Of a DNA stretch of 64,000 nucleotides, positions 18,901-29,133 are shown piece after piece. Source of the DNA: Thermoanaerobaculia bacterium (GTDB lineage: Bacteria > Acidobacteriota > Thermoanaerobaculia > UBA5066); the NCBI GenBank assembly GCA_963719225.1, contig CAVRAY010000001.1, positions 448,001 through 512,000 of the forward strand, given 5' to 3'. The position numbers and the translations under genes are program-made. The notes beneath the pieces were generated by a model. That model had not been told where the DNA came from. It saw only the letters and a program-made list of their open reading frames with translations, and searched no databases. How positions within the stretch are numbered: the first letter of the stretch is position 1; the number at the start of each line of letters is the position of its first letter.

Positions 18901-21900
18901 CGGTAAGGTCCCGGTACGTGAGCGTCACCTCACCCGCCACGACGGCGACGGCGTCGGGCGTCGACGCGGCCTGCTTCTCGATGAGGGCGTGGATCGTGTA
19001 CGGAGGAGGCCAGCCCACGGCGGTGTCGTTGCAGGCGCCGAGGATGCGTTCCTTCTCGGGCGCGGACAGGAGCGGCAGCTCGTCGACGCGGGCCTCCGGG
19101 TCCGCCGCGATCCCCTCGAGCAGAGTCTCGAAATGTCCGAGCCAGCGGTGGATCGTGTCCCTTGAGAAGAGCTCGGTCTTGAAGTCGCAATCCAGGACGA
19201 GACCCGCGGGCCCTTCGATGACGTTCAGGAAGATGTCGGAGTTCGCGTACTTCTTCCCGTTCGGATCGACCGAGACCCTGAGGCCGGGGAGGGCGAAGTC
19301 GTCGCCGACCTTCTCGACGTTGAACTGGACTTCCATGAGCGGCAGCCGGCTCGGGTCGCGCGGGAGCGCCAGCTTTCTCACGAGCGTTCCGTACGTGTAG
19401 TTCTGGTGCTCGTAGGCGTCGAGGACGCGGGTCCTCGTGGCCTTGAGGAAGTCCTTGACGGTGGAGCCTTCCTCGAGCAGCGACCGGACGGGCAGGAAGT
19501 TCACGCAATGCCCCACGACGTCCTCGCGTCCCCAGGACGACTGGCCGGCCGCCGGAACCCCGACGACGACGTCGTCCTGGCCGCTGAGCCGGTGGAGAAG
19601 GACGTCGAACGCCGCGAGGAGGGTCGCGAAGAGCGTGCAGCCCTGGCGGGCGCCGGCCTTGCGCACGGCGTCGACGAGCGGCCTGGAAACGGTCCGGCGC
19701 TCGGTCGCTCCCGCATACGTCAGGACGGACGGACGCAGGCCCTCCGTCGGAAGCTCGAGGAATCCCGGAGGCTGTTCGTATTGCGAAATCCAGTACGCCT
19801 CGGTCGCCGATCCTTCCACGGAGCGGCGCGTCTCCTCCTCCCAGCGCGAGTAGTCGGCGTACTGCGCGGCCGGGGGAAGCGCCGCCGCGTCGCCCGAGGC
19901 CGCGTAGAGCGGCCCCAGCTCGGAGAGGAGGACGTTCGTCGACCAGCCGTCGCAGACGAGGTGATGAGCGGTCAGGAGAAGGACGTGGTCCTCGGGCTCG
20001 AGCCGGACGAGCCGGAACCGGACCGTGGGGCCGTTCACGAGGTCGAGCGGTGACTCGCCTTCGCCGTCGACCATCGCGGCCAGGTTCCGGTCCCGCTCCT
20101 CCCGCGGAAGAGAGGACAAGTCCATGATCGGAACCTCGACGGTGACGTGCGGCGCGACGCGCTGGACGTCTCCTTCGGGAGCGAACGTCGCCCGGAGCGC
20201 GTCGTGCCGGTCGACGAGCGCCTGGATCGCCCGGGTGAGCCGTGCCTCGTCGAGCGGGCCTTCGAACCGGATGCTGACGGACTCGTTGAACGCGCACGAC
20301 GCGTCGTCGCCCATGCGCGTCGCGAGCCACACCTCGCGTTGCGCCTCGGTGAGCGGCACGACGACCGGCTCGAGGGCCTCGCCCCCCGACGCGGCGGCGT
20401 GCGACGGAGGTGGCGCGAAGAGTCCGCCCTCCTGCATCGCGGCGATGCTCTTTTCGTACGCGTCGAGGACGAAGTCGAGGTCCTCCTCCGTGTGCGCCGT
20501 CGTCATGAAGCACGGGAAACCCTCGAGGACGTGGACGCCGTTCGCTCGCAAATGCGCGAAGAAGAGGCTTGCGAAGCGCTCCTCGGGCGGGAACTTGTAG
20601 TACATGACCGAGCCGAACCGCTGGACGTGCGTCGAAAGGCCGGCCCTTTCGAAGATCCCGTTCAACCGTGACGTGAAACGCGCCGTCTTGGCGTTGAGGG
20701 TTTCCTGGAGAGCGGGTCCCTGCTCCTTGAGGTGCTTGAGGACGGCGACGCAGGCCGCCATCGCGATGGGATGGCGGACGAACGTGCCCGCGAAGAACGT
20801 GACGCCCTTCTCCGGGATCGAGTCGTCGCCGTAGCGCCAGGTTCCGCCGTCGAGGGCGTCCATGTAAGTCGCGCTCCCGGCGACGGCACCGATCGGCATT
20901 CCGCCGCCGATCACCTTTCCGTACGACGCGAGGTCCGCCTTCACGCCGAACACGGCCTGGGCGCCGCCCGGATGCACGCGGAAGCCGCAGATGACCTCGT
21001 CGAAGATGAGCGCCGTGTCGTGGGCCGACGTCAGCCGTCGCACGGCGTGCAGGAACTCGCGCGGCTGGAGGTCCGGGTGCCGGCTCTGGACGGGCTCGAC
21101 GAGGACGGCCGCGAGATTCGCCATCTCGGCCTCGAGGATCCGGAGCGACTCGTCGGTGCCGTAATCGAGGACGAGGAGGTTCTCGACCTTCTCCTCGGGA
21201 ATTCCGGGCGCGATCGGGAGGGAACGCGGCTGCCCCTTCACCTTCGCCGCGCGCACGAGGACCTCGTCGAACGTGCCGTGGTACGAGCCCGAGAAGAGCG
21301 CGATCTTCTTGCGCCCCGTGACGGTGCGCGCGAGCCGCATCGCGGTCATCACGGCCTCGGAGCCGGTATTGCAGAACGTCGCGCGCTCCATTCCCGTGAA
21401 CTCGCAGATGAGCGACGCCGCGAGCAATGCGTCGGGAGACTGCGGCCCGATCTCGACGCCCTTCCTGAGCTGCTCGACGACCGCGTCGGTCACGAACGCG
21501 GGCGAGTGGCCGAACATGTTCAGGCCGAACCCCATGAGCATGTCGACGTACTCGTTGCCGTCGACGTCCCGGATCCTCGAGCCCGAGGAGCTCACGGCGA
21601 CGATGGGATAGACGACTTCCTTCCAGAGAAGCTTGAAGCCGGCGGCGACGCGCGGGTCGGCGAACCGGTCGCGCGTCTCGTCCGTCATCCGCTTGGAGCC
21701 CTTCGTCTTCGCCGTGTAGCGCCGCGTGAAGTCCTGGAGCGCGCGATGCTGCCTCTCGGTCAGGCCGCTCCTCGCTCCGGGCGCAACGGGCTTGTAGGGA
21801 CCGAACGCTTCGAACTCCTTCTTCTTCGGCGGTGCGGCCGCGGGTGCGGGAGCGAGAGGGACCGCGGCCGGGGCTGCGGGGGGTATCGTCTCGGGAGCCG

Positions 21901-24900
21901 CCGGAGGAGCCTCGGGGACGACCTGCCCGTCGATCCACTCCGCGAGAGAGCCCGGCGTCGCGCTCTCGTCCAGGAGCTGCCGGAAGGAGATCTTGACGCC
22001 GAATTCCTTCTGCAGCTCCTGGCTGACCTGGGTGAGGACGAGAGAATCGAAGCCGAGCTCGAGGAAGTTCGCCGCCGGAGAGAGATCCGACTCGGGGAAG
22101 CCCGACTGCTCCGAAAGCGTGCGCAGGATCTCCCCGAGGATGCGCGCGCGCCGGTCGCCGGGCACCGGAACGGGAGGCGCGGGCGCGGGAAGCGCGTCCG
22201 GCGCGGAAACGGAGGTCGCGGCGCGCTCTTCCTTCGCGGCGACGGCGGTTGCCGCGCCGCGCGGCGCATTTGCGCCCGCGTCGAGCCAGTACTTCTTCCG
22301 CTCGAAGGGATACGTCGGGAGCGCGACGAGGCGGCGGCGCTCCTCGGCCTGATGTCCTTGCCAATCCACCGCGACCCCTGACGCCCAGAGGCGCGCGAAC
22401 GTCTCGAGGAGGTGCGGAGCATCGGCGCCGGGGTCCTCCGGATGGCGGAGGGACGCGAAGGTGACGGCTCCCGCGGCGCGGGCCGCCGGCGCCTTTGCGA
22501 GCGTCGCGAGCGTCTGGCCGGGGCCGACCTCGAGGAGAACGGTGCTCGGATGCTCCGCGAGAAGCCTGGCGAGGGCGTCCGAGAAGCGCACTTTCTCCCG
22601 AGCATGGCGCGACCAGTAGGACTCGGCCGTCGCCTCGGCCTGGGTGATCCATTCCCCCGTCACGGTCGAGACCCATGGGATCCGCGGAGGGGAGAGACGA
22701 ACGCCGCGCACGTCGTTCGCGAGGCGCTCGAGAAGCGCGTCGAGCATCCGCGAATGGAAGGCGTGCGAGGTCGAGAGGCGCCGATGGGCGACGTCCACTC
22801 TGGCGAGACGTGCCTCGAGCGCCGCGATGTCGGCCGTCGCGCCGGAGACGACGACCATCGAGGGGCCGTTCACGGCCGCGACGTCGAGGGAGGAGCCGAT
22901 GTGGGGCGCGATCTCCGCCTCGGAGAGCCGCACGGCGAGCATCGAGCCTGCCGGCATCTCCTGCATGAGCGCGCCCCGCTTCGCGACGAGCCGGAGAGCA
23001 TCCTCGAGCGAAAGGACGCCGGCGCGGGTGGCCGCGACGAGCTCGCCCACGCTGTGGCCGAGCATCGCGTCCGGAACGACGCCCCAGGCGGCCCAGAGCT
23101 CCGCGAGCGCCCACGAGACGGAGAAGATCGCGGGTTGCGCGAGGCGCGTCTGATTCAGGGCTTCGGCTGCGCCGGCAGCGGTCGTGAAGATCGCCTCGCG
23201 AAGGTCGAGGCCGAGGACCGGCCGGACGATCTCCGCGCAACGATCGAACGCGCGATGGAAGACGGGCTCCGTGGCATGGAGGTCCGACGCCATGCCGGGG
23301 GTCTGCGCACCCTGGCCGGGGAAAAGAAACGTGACGTGCCGTCGCGCGGACACCGCCGAGGCGGTGGGAGGACGGCGGGCGCCCGCCGCTTCGAGCGCGG
23401 TACGGGCGGTCGCGAGGTCCGGCGCCGTGAATGCGCGGCGGCGATCGAACGCGCGGCGGCCCGACTGGAGCGTGCGCGCGACGTCGCCGGCGGAGGATTC
23501 CGGATGTGCTTCGAGGTGAGCCGCGAGGTTCCGGGTCGCGGCCTCGAGAGCGTCGTCCGTCCGTGCGGACAGGACGAAGACGTGCTGCGTTCGGGAGCCG
23601 GAAGAGGGCGCCGTCGGCGGCGCCTCTTCGAGCACCACGTGCGCGTTCGTCCCGCCGACGCCGAACGCGCTGACGCCGGCGAGGCGCGGAGCGTCGGAGG
23701 TCCAGGGGGCTCCGCGCGCGTTCACGAAGAACGGGCTCGCCGCGAAGTCGATGTGCGGGTTCGGCGTCGTGAAGTGGAGCGTGGGCGGGAGGACGCGGTC
23801 GCGCAGCGCGAAGACGGTCTTGATGAGCCCGGTGACGCCGGCGGCCGCGTCGAGGTGGCCCACGTTGGGTTTGACGGAGCCGAGCGCGCAGAACCCGCGG
23901 TCCTTCGTGCCCGCGCGGAACGCCTTCGTCAGGCCGCTGACCTCGATCGGGTCGCCGAGAGGCGTGGCGGTCCCGTGAGCCTCGACGTAGCCGACGGCGC
24001 GCGGGTCGACGCCGGCCATGGCCTGGGCGAGCGCGATGACCTCGGCCTGCCCGTCGACGCTCGGAGCCGTGTACGCGACCCTCTGCGAACCGTCGTTGTT
24101 CACGGCGAACCCACGGATCACGGCGAGGATGCGGTCGCCGTTCTCGAGGGCGTCGGAGAGACGCTTGAGGACGACGACGCCGGCCCCGCTGCCGAAGACG
24201 GTCCCGTCCGCCTTCGCGTCGAACGTGCGGCAGTGACCGTCCTGAGAGACCATCCCGCCCTCGAGATACAGGTAGCCCCGGGCCTGGGGGAAGCTGATCG
24301 AGACGCCGCCGGCGAGCGCGGCGTCGCACTCGTAGTGGAGGAGGCTGCGGCAGGCCATCGAGACCGCGACGAGGGACGTCGAGCACGCCGTCTGGACGTC
24401 GACGCTCGGGCCCCTCAGGTTCAGCTTGTAGGAGAGGCGCGTCGTGAGGAAGTGCCCGTCGTTCCCGAAGAGGACCGGGAACGCGCCCACCTGGAACTGC
24501 TCGACGACGTCGCGGAGGAAAGCGCGGTCGGGCGCGACCTGGGACGCGAGGTACGTGTTCACGCTCGAGCCCGCGTAGACGCCCACGAGCCCCGGGAACG
24601 TCGCGGGGTCGAGCGCCGCGTCCTCGAGCGCCTCGTGGCAGACCTCGAGGAAGACGCGGTGCTGCGGGTCCATGAGCTCGGCTTCCCGCGGGATCACGCC
24701 GAAGAAAGGCGCGTCGAAGAGGTCGGCGTCGTCGAGGATCGCCCGCGCCTTCACGTAACGCGGATCGCGGATCGTCTCCTCCGGGATGCCGGCGGCACGG
24801 AGCTCGTCGTCCGCGAGCGGCCGGATCGACTCGACGCCCCCGAGGACGTTCCGCCAGAGCTCCTCGGCGCTTCGGGCGCCCGGAAAGCGGCCCGCGAGCC

Positions 24901-24925
24901 CGACGATCGCGACGGCGTCAGCCAC
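15935..24925 (-). CDS. Hybrid PKS-NRPS: KS-AT-ACP-aminotransferase(class III)-C-A(Gly)-N-methyltransferase-T
   Basis: KS: QTACSTS, EAHGT, NVGHLD. AT: GHSVGE and HAFHS (malonyl-type). ACP: LGFDSL. AMT: DEVICGFR, SYGKVIGGG. C: HHLVCDGWS. A: YVMFTSGSTGRPKG, FDIAGLEL, LQATP, YGPTETTIWS (Gly-like code). MT: LEIGCGTG, INSVAQYFP. T: LGADSL. Confidence 0.95.
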   Translation of the reverse strand: MADAVAIVGLAGRFPGARSAEELWRNVLGGVESIRPLADDELRAAGIPEETIRDPRYVKARAILDDADLFDAPFFGVIPREAELMDPQHRVFLEVCHEALEDAALDPATFPGLVGVYAGSSVNTYLASQVAPDRAFLRDVVEQFQVGAFPVLFGNDGHFLTTRLSYKLNLRGPSVDVQTACSTSLVAVSMACRSLLHYECDAALAGGVSISFPQARGYLYLEGGMVSQDGHCRTFDAKADGTVFGSGAGVVVLKRLSDALENGDRILAVIRGFAVNNDGSQRVAYTAPSVDGQAEVIALAQAMAGVDPRAVGYVEAHGTATPLGDPIEVSGLTKAFRAGTKDRGFCALGSVKPNVGHLDAAAGVTGLIKTVFALRDRVLPPTLHFTTPNPHIDFAASPFFVNARGAPWTSDAPRLAGVSAFGVGGTNAHVVLEEAPPTAPSSGSRTQHVFVLSARTDDALEAATRNLAAHLEAHPESSAGDVARTLQSGRRAFDRRRAFTAPDLATARTALEAAGARRPPTASAVSARRHVTFLFPGQGAQTPGMASDLHATEPVFHRAFDRCAEIVRPVLGLDLREAIFTTAAGAAEALNQTRLAQPAIFSVSWALAELWAAWGVVPDAMLGHSVGELVAATRAGVLSLEDALRLVAKRGALMQEMPAGSMLAVRLSEAEIAPHIGSSLDVAAVNGPSMVVVSGATADIAALEARLARVDVAHRRLSTSHAFHSRMLDALLERLANDVRGVRLSPPRIPWVSTVTGEWITQAEATAESYWSRHAREKVRFSDALARLLAEHPSTVLLEVGPGQTLATLAKAPAARAAGAVTFASLRHPEDPGADAPHLLETFARLWASGVAVDWQGHQAEERRRLVALPTYPFERKKYWLDAGANAPRGAATAVAAKEERAATSVSAPDALPAPAPPVPVPGDRRARILGEILRTLSEQSGFPESDLSPAANFLELGFDSLVLTQVSQELQKEFGVKISFRQLLDESATPGSLAEWIDGQVVPEAPPAAPETIPPAAPAAVPLAPAPAAAPPKKKEFEAFGPYKPVAPGARSGLTERQHRALQDFTRRYTAKTKGSKRMTDETRDRFADPRVAAGFKLLWKEVVYPIVAVSSSGSRIRDVDGNEYVDMLMGFGLNMFGHSPAFVTDAVVEQLRKGVEIGPQSPDALLAASLICEFTGMERATFCNTGSEAVMTAMRLARTVTGRKKIALFSGSYHGTFDEVLVRAAKVKGQPRSLPIAPGIPEEKVENLLVLDYGTDESLRILEAEMANLAAVLVEPVQSRHPDLQPREFLHAVRRLTSAHDTALIFDEVICGFRVHPGGAQAVFGVKADLASYGKVIGGGMPIGAVAGSATYMDALDGGTWRYGDDSIPEKGVTFFAGTFVRHPIAMAACVAVLKHLKEQGPALQETLNAKTARFTSRLNGIFERAGLSTHVQRFGSVMYYKFPPEERFASLFFAHLRANGVHVLEGFPCFMTTAHTEEDLDFVLDAYEKSIAAMQEGGLFAPPPSHAAASGGEALEPVVVPLTEAQREVWLATRMGDDASCAFNESVSIRFEGPLDEARLTRAIQALVDRHDALRATFAPEGDVQRVAPHVTVEVPIMDLSSLPREERDRNLAAMVDGEGESPLDLVNGPTVRFRLVRLEPEDHVLLLTAHHLVCDGWSTNVLLSELGPLYAASGDAAALPPAAQYADYSRWEEETRRSVEGSATEAYWISQYEQPPGFLELPTEGLRPSVLTYAGATERRTVSRPLVDAVRKAGARQGCTLFATLLAAFDVLLHRLSGQDDVVVGVPAAGQSSWGREDVVGHCVNFLPVRSLLEEGSTVKDFLKATRTRVLDAYEHQNYTYGTLVRKLALPRDPSRLPLMEVQFNVEKVGDDFALPGLRVSVDPNGKKYANSDIFLNVIEGPAGLVLDCDFKTELFSRDTIHRWLGHFETLLEGIAADPEARVDELPLLSAPEKERILGACNDTAVGWPPPYTIHALIEKQAASTPDAVAVVAGEVTLTYRDLTARAARLAGFLATRGAGPGSLVGLSVERSADMVVALLGILRTGAAYVPLDPAFPKERLALILEDAHPKLLVTQSSLEEDLPRHGAAVVRLDTDAALIDAASEAGPADVAPSDLAYVMFTSGSTGRPKGVAVPHGAVANFLRTMAKEPGFTARDGIVAVTTLSFDIAGLELYLPLIVGGRVILATREDASDGTRLLALLGRKDATVLQATPATWRLLLMAGWSGGKPLKMLCGGEALPRDLANDLLAREPELWNMYGPTETTIWSSVARVAPGPGAIPLGRPIANTQFYVVDARLHPVPVGVPGELVIGGAGVADGYWEREDLTRERFVPDPFSSVPRARLYRTGDLVRMRADDTLEFLGRTDHQVKVRGFRIELGEIDAALARHPDVGESATVVREDVPGQKRLVSYIVSKAGETAGDGSSAATAQWHAQWEVLFKTAIEGDGTKKTSLDAIDAVITGWTGSTAKEEVEEWIDASVTRIRELAPKRVLEIGCGTGQILTRLAPACDAYWGLDFSETAIAALEARLESEDASTRSRVRLLCRAADDLDGVPAGTFDTVVINSVAQYFPDADYLARVLDGAARAVADGGVVFVGDVQSFALLETFHASAQLARTEEGASAHELKRRVRERISLENELVVDPAFFLALVGKDPRLSRATFRVRRGRLWNETTQFHYDVTLHAGPVPTAAAPPRTLHWDSEVRTLEALAAVLDVSRGPVLVTGVPNARVAGPVRFARLLEAAPAEATASALKDALAAGDPGVDPEAVFALADSSRDVEALWPSSGDGSRFDVFALASGHDRRSPLPAAPSPGAGAAPPHANAPNRGFALRDLTPKLRAHLEDLVPDYMVPVAFVALPALPRTPNGKLDRRALPAPDPEASGTGRFVAPRTDAERTLAGIFGEVLRLEKVSVEDSVFDLGADSLLVFQITTRAHQAGVQVSPRQVFQLRTVAALAKAAGSPAKHAAHGPTLKAIPRQITRRPADAGTPPARAGT

Positions 24926-26828
24926 GGGAGCTCCTCGACCGTTGTTCCGAAAGCGCCTCGCGCTGCTTGCGGGCCCGGTCGGACACGCGGGGAGAAGCGG
25001 TCTCGGCCCCGGCCGGCCGGTTGAGCAGGAGTCCCAGGGCTTCGATCGTGGGGTGCTCGAAGAGCGCCGTGAGGGGAAGGTCGCAGGCGAACCGGCGACA
25101 CAGCTCCTCGTGCACCACGGCTGCGAGGATCGAGCTTCCGCCGAGGTCGAAGAAGTTGTCGCGTCGGCCGACGCGCGGAAGGCGCAGCGCGGCGGCCCAG
25201 ATCGCGGAAAGCCGCCGCTCCCACTCCGAGGCGGGTGCCACGAATTCCTCGGCCAGCCGGGGACGTTCCTCGGATGGGGCGGGCAGCGCGCCGCGATCGA
25301 TCTTCCCGTTCGCGGTCAGGGGAATCGCGGAAATCCGGACGAACGCCGAAGGGAGCATGTAGTCGGGCAGGCTGCGTGCGACGTGCGCGCGGATCTCGTC
25401 GTCCAGCGCCGGCGGGTCGGCCTCCGCGACGATCCAGGCCACGAGCCGCTTCTCGCCCGCGGGGCCGTCATCGGCGAAGACGGCGGCATCCCGGATCGAG
25501 GTGTGGCGGCGGAGCACGGTCTCGACCTCGCCGAGCTCCACGCGGAACCCGCGGATCTTCACCTGACCGTCCATGCGGCCGAGGTACTCGAGATCGCCGT
25601 CCGCGGCGCGCCGTCCGAGATCCCCCGAGCGGTAGACACGCCGGCCTTCGTGGACGAGAAAACGGGCTGCCGTGAGCTCCGGCCGGTCGAGGTAGCCACG
25701 CGCCACGCCGGCGCCCGCGACGACGATCTCGCCGGCGGTGCCGGGGGGCACCTGCCGGAGGTTCTCGTCGAGGAGGAGGACGTCGAGATCGGGGATCGGC
25801 ACCCCGATCGGGCTCACGCCCGCCTTTGCGAGGTCCGCAATCAGGAGGGGCCGGTACGTGACGTGTACGGTGGTCTCGGTGATGCCGTACATGTTCACGA
25901 GGCGCGGGCTTTCGTCGCCGAAACGTTCGAACCAGGGACGCAGTCCCTCGAGGTTCAGCGCCTCACCGCCGAAGACGACGACGCGAAGCGCGAGTCGCGA
26001 CGGATGCTCGACGGCAGTGCGGGCGAGCTGCCGGAACGCGGAGGGAGTCTGGTTCAGGACCGTGACGCCTTCGCGAAGGAGGAGCGCGTGGAATTCCCGA
26101 GGCGAGCGGCTCACACCGTAGGGGACGACGACGAGCCGGCCGCCGTAAAGGAGCGCTCCCCAGATCTCCCAGACGGAGAAGTCGAACGCGGGAGAGTGGA
26201 AGAGAGTCCAGACGTCCTCCTCGGAAAAGCGGAACCAGGGTTCCGTCTCGCGGAAGAGGCGCAGAACGTTTCCGTGCGTGACGAGAGTGCCTTTCGGCAC
26301 GCCCGTCGATCCGGACGTGTAGATCACGTACGCGAGGCTTTCGGCATCGGCCGTCACGCCAAGGGCCGTCTCCACCCCTTCGTCTTCTCCAGCTTCGACG
26401 TCGAGGACCACGAGGCCCGGTGAATCGGGCAGCCGCGAGGCGAGCGCATGGCTCGTGACGACGATCCGTGTGCCGGAGTCCGAGAGCATGAAGGCGAGGC
26501 GCTCTTCGGGAACGACGGGATCGAGAGGCACGTATGCGGCGCCGGCCTTGAGGATTCCGAGGATGCCGGCGACGAGATCGAGCGAACGATCGAGGAAGAC
26601 GCCGACGAAAGCGCCCGGCTCGACACCTTTGGCGAGGAGACGGCGGGCGATGCGGTTTGCCCGCGCGTCGAGCTCGCGGTACGTCAGCGAGTCCCCCCCG
26701 CAGACGACGGCGGTGGCGTCGGGCCTCGAACGCGCGCTCCGCTCGAAGGCCGTGGCGAGCCCGGCGTCCGGCTCCGCCGACCGTCCGCCGACGTTCCGGG
26801 ATGGGTCTTCTCGCAAAGGGGTACGCAT
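24918..26828 (-). CDS. Stand-alone NRPS loading module A(Thr)-T
   Basis: YVIYTSGSTGVPKG; AFDFSVWE, LNQTP, VFGGE and NMYGITETTVH give a DFWNVGMVHK Thr-type code; T FFDLGGSSIL. The stop overlaps the PKS start. Confidence 0.9.
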   Translation of the reverse strand: MRTPLREDPSRNVGGRSAEPDAGLATAFERSARSRPDATAVVCGGDSLTYRELDARANRIARRLLAKGVEPGAFVGVFLDRSLDLVAGILGILKAGAAYVPLDPVVPEERLAFMLSDSGTRIVVTSHALASRLPDSPGLVVLDVEAGEDEGVETALGVTADAESLAYVIYTSGSTGVPKGTLVTHGNVLRLFRETEPWFRFSEEDVWTLFHSPAFDFSVWEIWGALLYGGRLVVVPYGVSRSPREFHALLLREGVTVLNQTPSAFRQLARTAVEHPSRLALRVVVFGGEALNLEGLRPWFERFGDESPRLVNMYGITETTVHVTYRPLLIADLAKAGVSPIGVPIPDLDVLLLDENLRQVPPGTAGEIVVAGAGVARGYLDRPELTAARFLVHEGRRVYRSGDLGRRAADGDLEYLGRMDGQVKIRGFRVELGEVETVLRRHTSIRDAAVFADDGPAGEKRLVAWIVAEADPPALDDEIRAHVARSLPDYMLPSAFVRISAIPLTANGKIDRGALPAPSEERPRLAEEFVAPASEWERRLSAIWAAALRLPRVGRRDNFFDLGGSSILAAVVHEELCRRFACDLPLTALFEHPTIEALGLLLNRPAGAETASPRVSDRARKQREALSEQRSRSSRG

Positions 26829-26854
26829 CGGGTCTCCGTCTCTCGACTGCGCCG

Positions 26855-29110
26855 TCAGACGGCCTTGCCGGCAGGCGGCTCGACTTCTTGGGCCGGGACG
26901 GGCTGGGCAGCGGGGTAATAGGCGCCGCCGTACCGCTCGCGGTCCGAGGGATTGTGTTTTTCGTCGAGCGCGTTGATCAGGACGCCGAGCACCTTCACGT
27001 TGCTGTTCCTGAGCTCGGTCAAGGCGTGCAAAACCTGTTCGCGCGGTGTCTGACCCCCGCGGACGGTGAGGATCACGCCGTTCGTGAGATAGCCGAGGAC
27101 GATTGCGTCCGCGACGGCGAGGACCGGCGGCGCGTCGAGCACGACATAGTCGTAGCGGGCGACGGCGCCGTCGAGGAACCGGCGCATCTTGTCCGAGGCG
27201 AGGAGCCCGGAGGGATTCGGAGAGGGGGGGCCCGCGGGAAGGAGGCTCAGGCCGGGAACGGCGGTCTTCTGGACGGCGTGCACAGCATCGACGCGCCCGG
27301 CGAGGACCGAGACGAGTCCCTCGGCATTGGACACCTGGAAGACCTCGTGGAGACGGGAGCGATGCAGGTCCGCGTCGACGAGGAGGACGCTCTTCCCGAG
27401 CTGGGAGAGGACGACCGCGAGATTCGTCGCCGTCGTCGTCTTGCCCTCGAGGGGAACCGCGGACGTGACCACGAAGGAGCGGAGGAGATCCGCGCTCGAC
27501 AGGAGGAGCGACGTGCGGAAGGCCCGGTAGGCCTCGGAAACGGCCGAGCGCGCGACCTCGTGTGGGAGAAGCTCGATCGCCGGAAGGTCGGGTTTCGAGC
27601 CGGGGCGCCCCTTCCCCCAGCTTGCCGCCATGGACGCGGGAGAGGGCGCAGGCCCCGAGAGACTCTTCGCAGCCTTTTGCGTCGCCGGGATCACTCCGAG
27701 CACCGGGAGGCGGAGGTACTCGGCGACCTGCTCGGGGGTGCGGAGGCTGCGGTCGAGAGTTTCGAGCCCGAACGCGAACGCGAGCCCGAGCATCACCCCG
27801 CAGACGAGGCCGAGAACGCCGTACCTCCGGTAGGAAGGTCCCCAGCGCTGCCGGGGAGGTAGCGCGCTCTCCACGATGCGGATATTGGAGACGCGCTCTC
27901 CTTGCAGGCGCGCCGCGACCTGCGTCTCCGCGTCGCGCTTGAGAAGATTGTCGAGAAGTGCCCTCTGCGTCTCCGTCTCCACCCGGAGGTTGTTGTAGTC
28001 CATCGCGTCCGCGTTCTGAGCGATGGCGTCGGATCGCTGGGACTGCAGGGCGTCCCGCAGGTTCTGCTCGCGCCGAAGAGCGGCGAGGTAGTCGGCGCGG
28101 GCCGCGTCCCGGGACTTCTTGACCGTCTCCTGGGTGACGGCATCGAGGCTCTGGCGGCCCCGCTCGATCTGCGCCTTGAGCTGCTGCATCGCCGGCCAGT
28201 CGGGCTTGAAGAGGTTCAGCTTCTCGGCGTATTCACGCTCCAGCTTGGCCTGCTCGGCGCGCAGCTGGACGACGAGGCCGTTCGAAAGGGAATCCGCGAG
28301 CGCGTCCGCGTTTTCGTTCTTGAGCTCGTGGTCCTTGGCCTCCTTCGCCATGCGGTCCGCCGTGGCCGCGGCGAGGTCGCGGTTCAAGGCGTCGAGACGG
28401 GCGAGCGCGCTGTTGGACTGCGGGTCCCCGCTCAGGATGTCCTTCTTGCGTCCGAACGCGAGCAACCGCTGCTCCCGCGTGGCGAGGTTCCGCTTGGCCT
28501 CCTCGATCTGGGTCGCGAGGAAGCGGGAAGCCTGGCCGAGGAGGCGGAACTTCGTCTCGAGCTTCCAGTCGATGTACGACTCCGCGACCGCGTTCGCGAT
28601 CTCCGCGGCGTCCTTGGGCGACGTCGCGACGCAGGCCAGCTCGACGAGGGTCGTCCCCTGGATCTGTCGCGCTTCGAGCATGCCGCGCATGCGCCGGGCT
28701 CCGTCCGCAATCCGGGCCTTCTCCGGGGCGTCCGTGGTCTCCACGGCTGGCGGCTTTTCGGTACTGCCGGCCTGGAGGCGCCGCACGGCCCGTTCGAGGA
28801 CCTCACGATTCCGGATCAGGCGGGTCTCGGTCTCGAGAAAGAGCGCGTCGACGCCCGTTTCGCGCTGGGCGCCGAACCCCAGATCGAGGGGATTTCCCTG
28901 CTCCTTCTCGAGGTTGATGAGCGCCACCGCGCGGTAGGTCGGGGCTTCGCGGAAGGCGAGGGCCGCGGCGACGGCGAGCGAACCGAGGACGCAAGAAATG
29001 ATCAACCACCGCCGCCGCGAGACGACGCGGGTGTAATCGGACAGCCGGAACTCCCGCGGGGAGGGGGAGTCACCCGCCGTGACGTCGTCGTTCCCGAGAT
29101 TTTTGTCCGT
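26855..29110 (-). CDS. wzc: Wzc/GumC-type polysaccharide co-polymerase with BY-kinase domain
   Basis: Two TM segments flank a coiled-coil periplasmic region. EAYRAFRT, Walker A TSAVPLEGKTT, LLVDADL, VVLDAPP and a Tyr tail RYGGAYY. The frame extends upstream of TTG 29005 to ACG 29110, which follows an SD. Confidence 0.9.
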   Translation of the reverse strand, partial: TDKNLGNDDVTAGDSPSPREFRLSDYTRVVSRRRWLIISCVLGSLAVAAALAFREAPTYRAVALINLEKEQGNPLDLGFGAQRETGVDALFLETETRLIRNREVLERAVRRLQAGSTEKPPAVETTDAPEKARIADGARRMRGMLEARQIQGTTLVELACVATSPKDAAEIANAVAESYIDWKLETKFRLLGQASRFLATQIEEAKRNLATREQRLLAFGRKKDILSGDPQSNSALARLDALNRDLAAATADRMAKEAKDHELKNENADALADSLSNGLVVQLRAEQAKLEREYAEKLNLFKPDWPAMQQLKAQIERGRQSLDAVTQETVKKSRDAARADYLAALRREQNLRDALQSQRSDAIAQNADAMDYNNLRVETETQRALLDNLLKRDAETQVAARLQGERVSNIRIVESALPPRQRWGPSYRRYGVLGLVCGVMLGLAFAFGLETLDRSLRTPEQVAEYLRLPVLGVIPATQKAAKSLSGPAPSPASMAASWGKGRPGSKPDLPAIELLPHEVARSAVSEAYRAFRTSLLLSSADLLRSFVVTSAVPLEGKTTTATNLAVVLSQLGKSVLLVDADLHRSRLHEVFQVSNAEGLVSVLAGRVDAVHAVQKTAVPGLSLLPAGPPSPNPSGLLASDKMRRFLDGAVARYDYVVLDAPPVLAVADAIVLGYLTNGVILTVRGGQTPREQVLHALTELRNSNVKVLGVLINALDEKHNPSDRERYGGAYYPAAQPVPAQEVEPPAGKAV

Positions 29111-29133
29111 GGCGGCTCCTCAGGGAAGCGCGG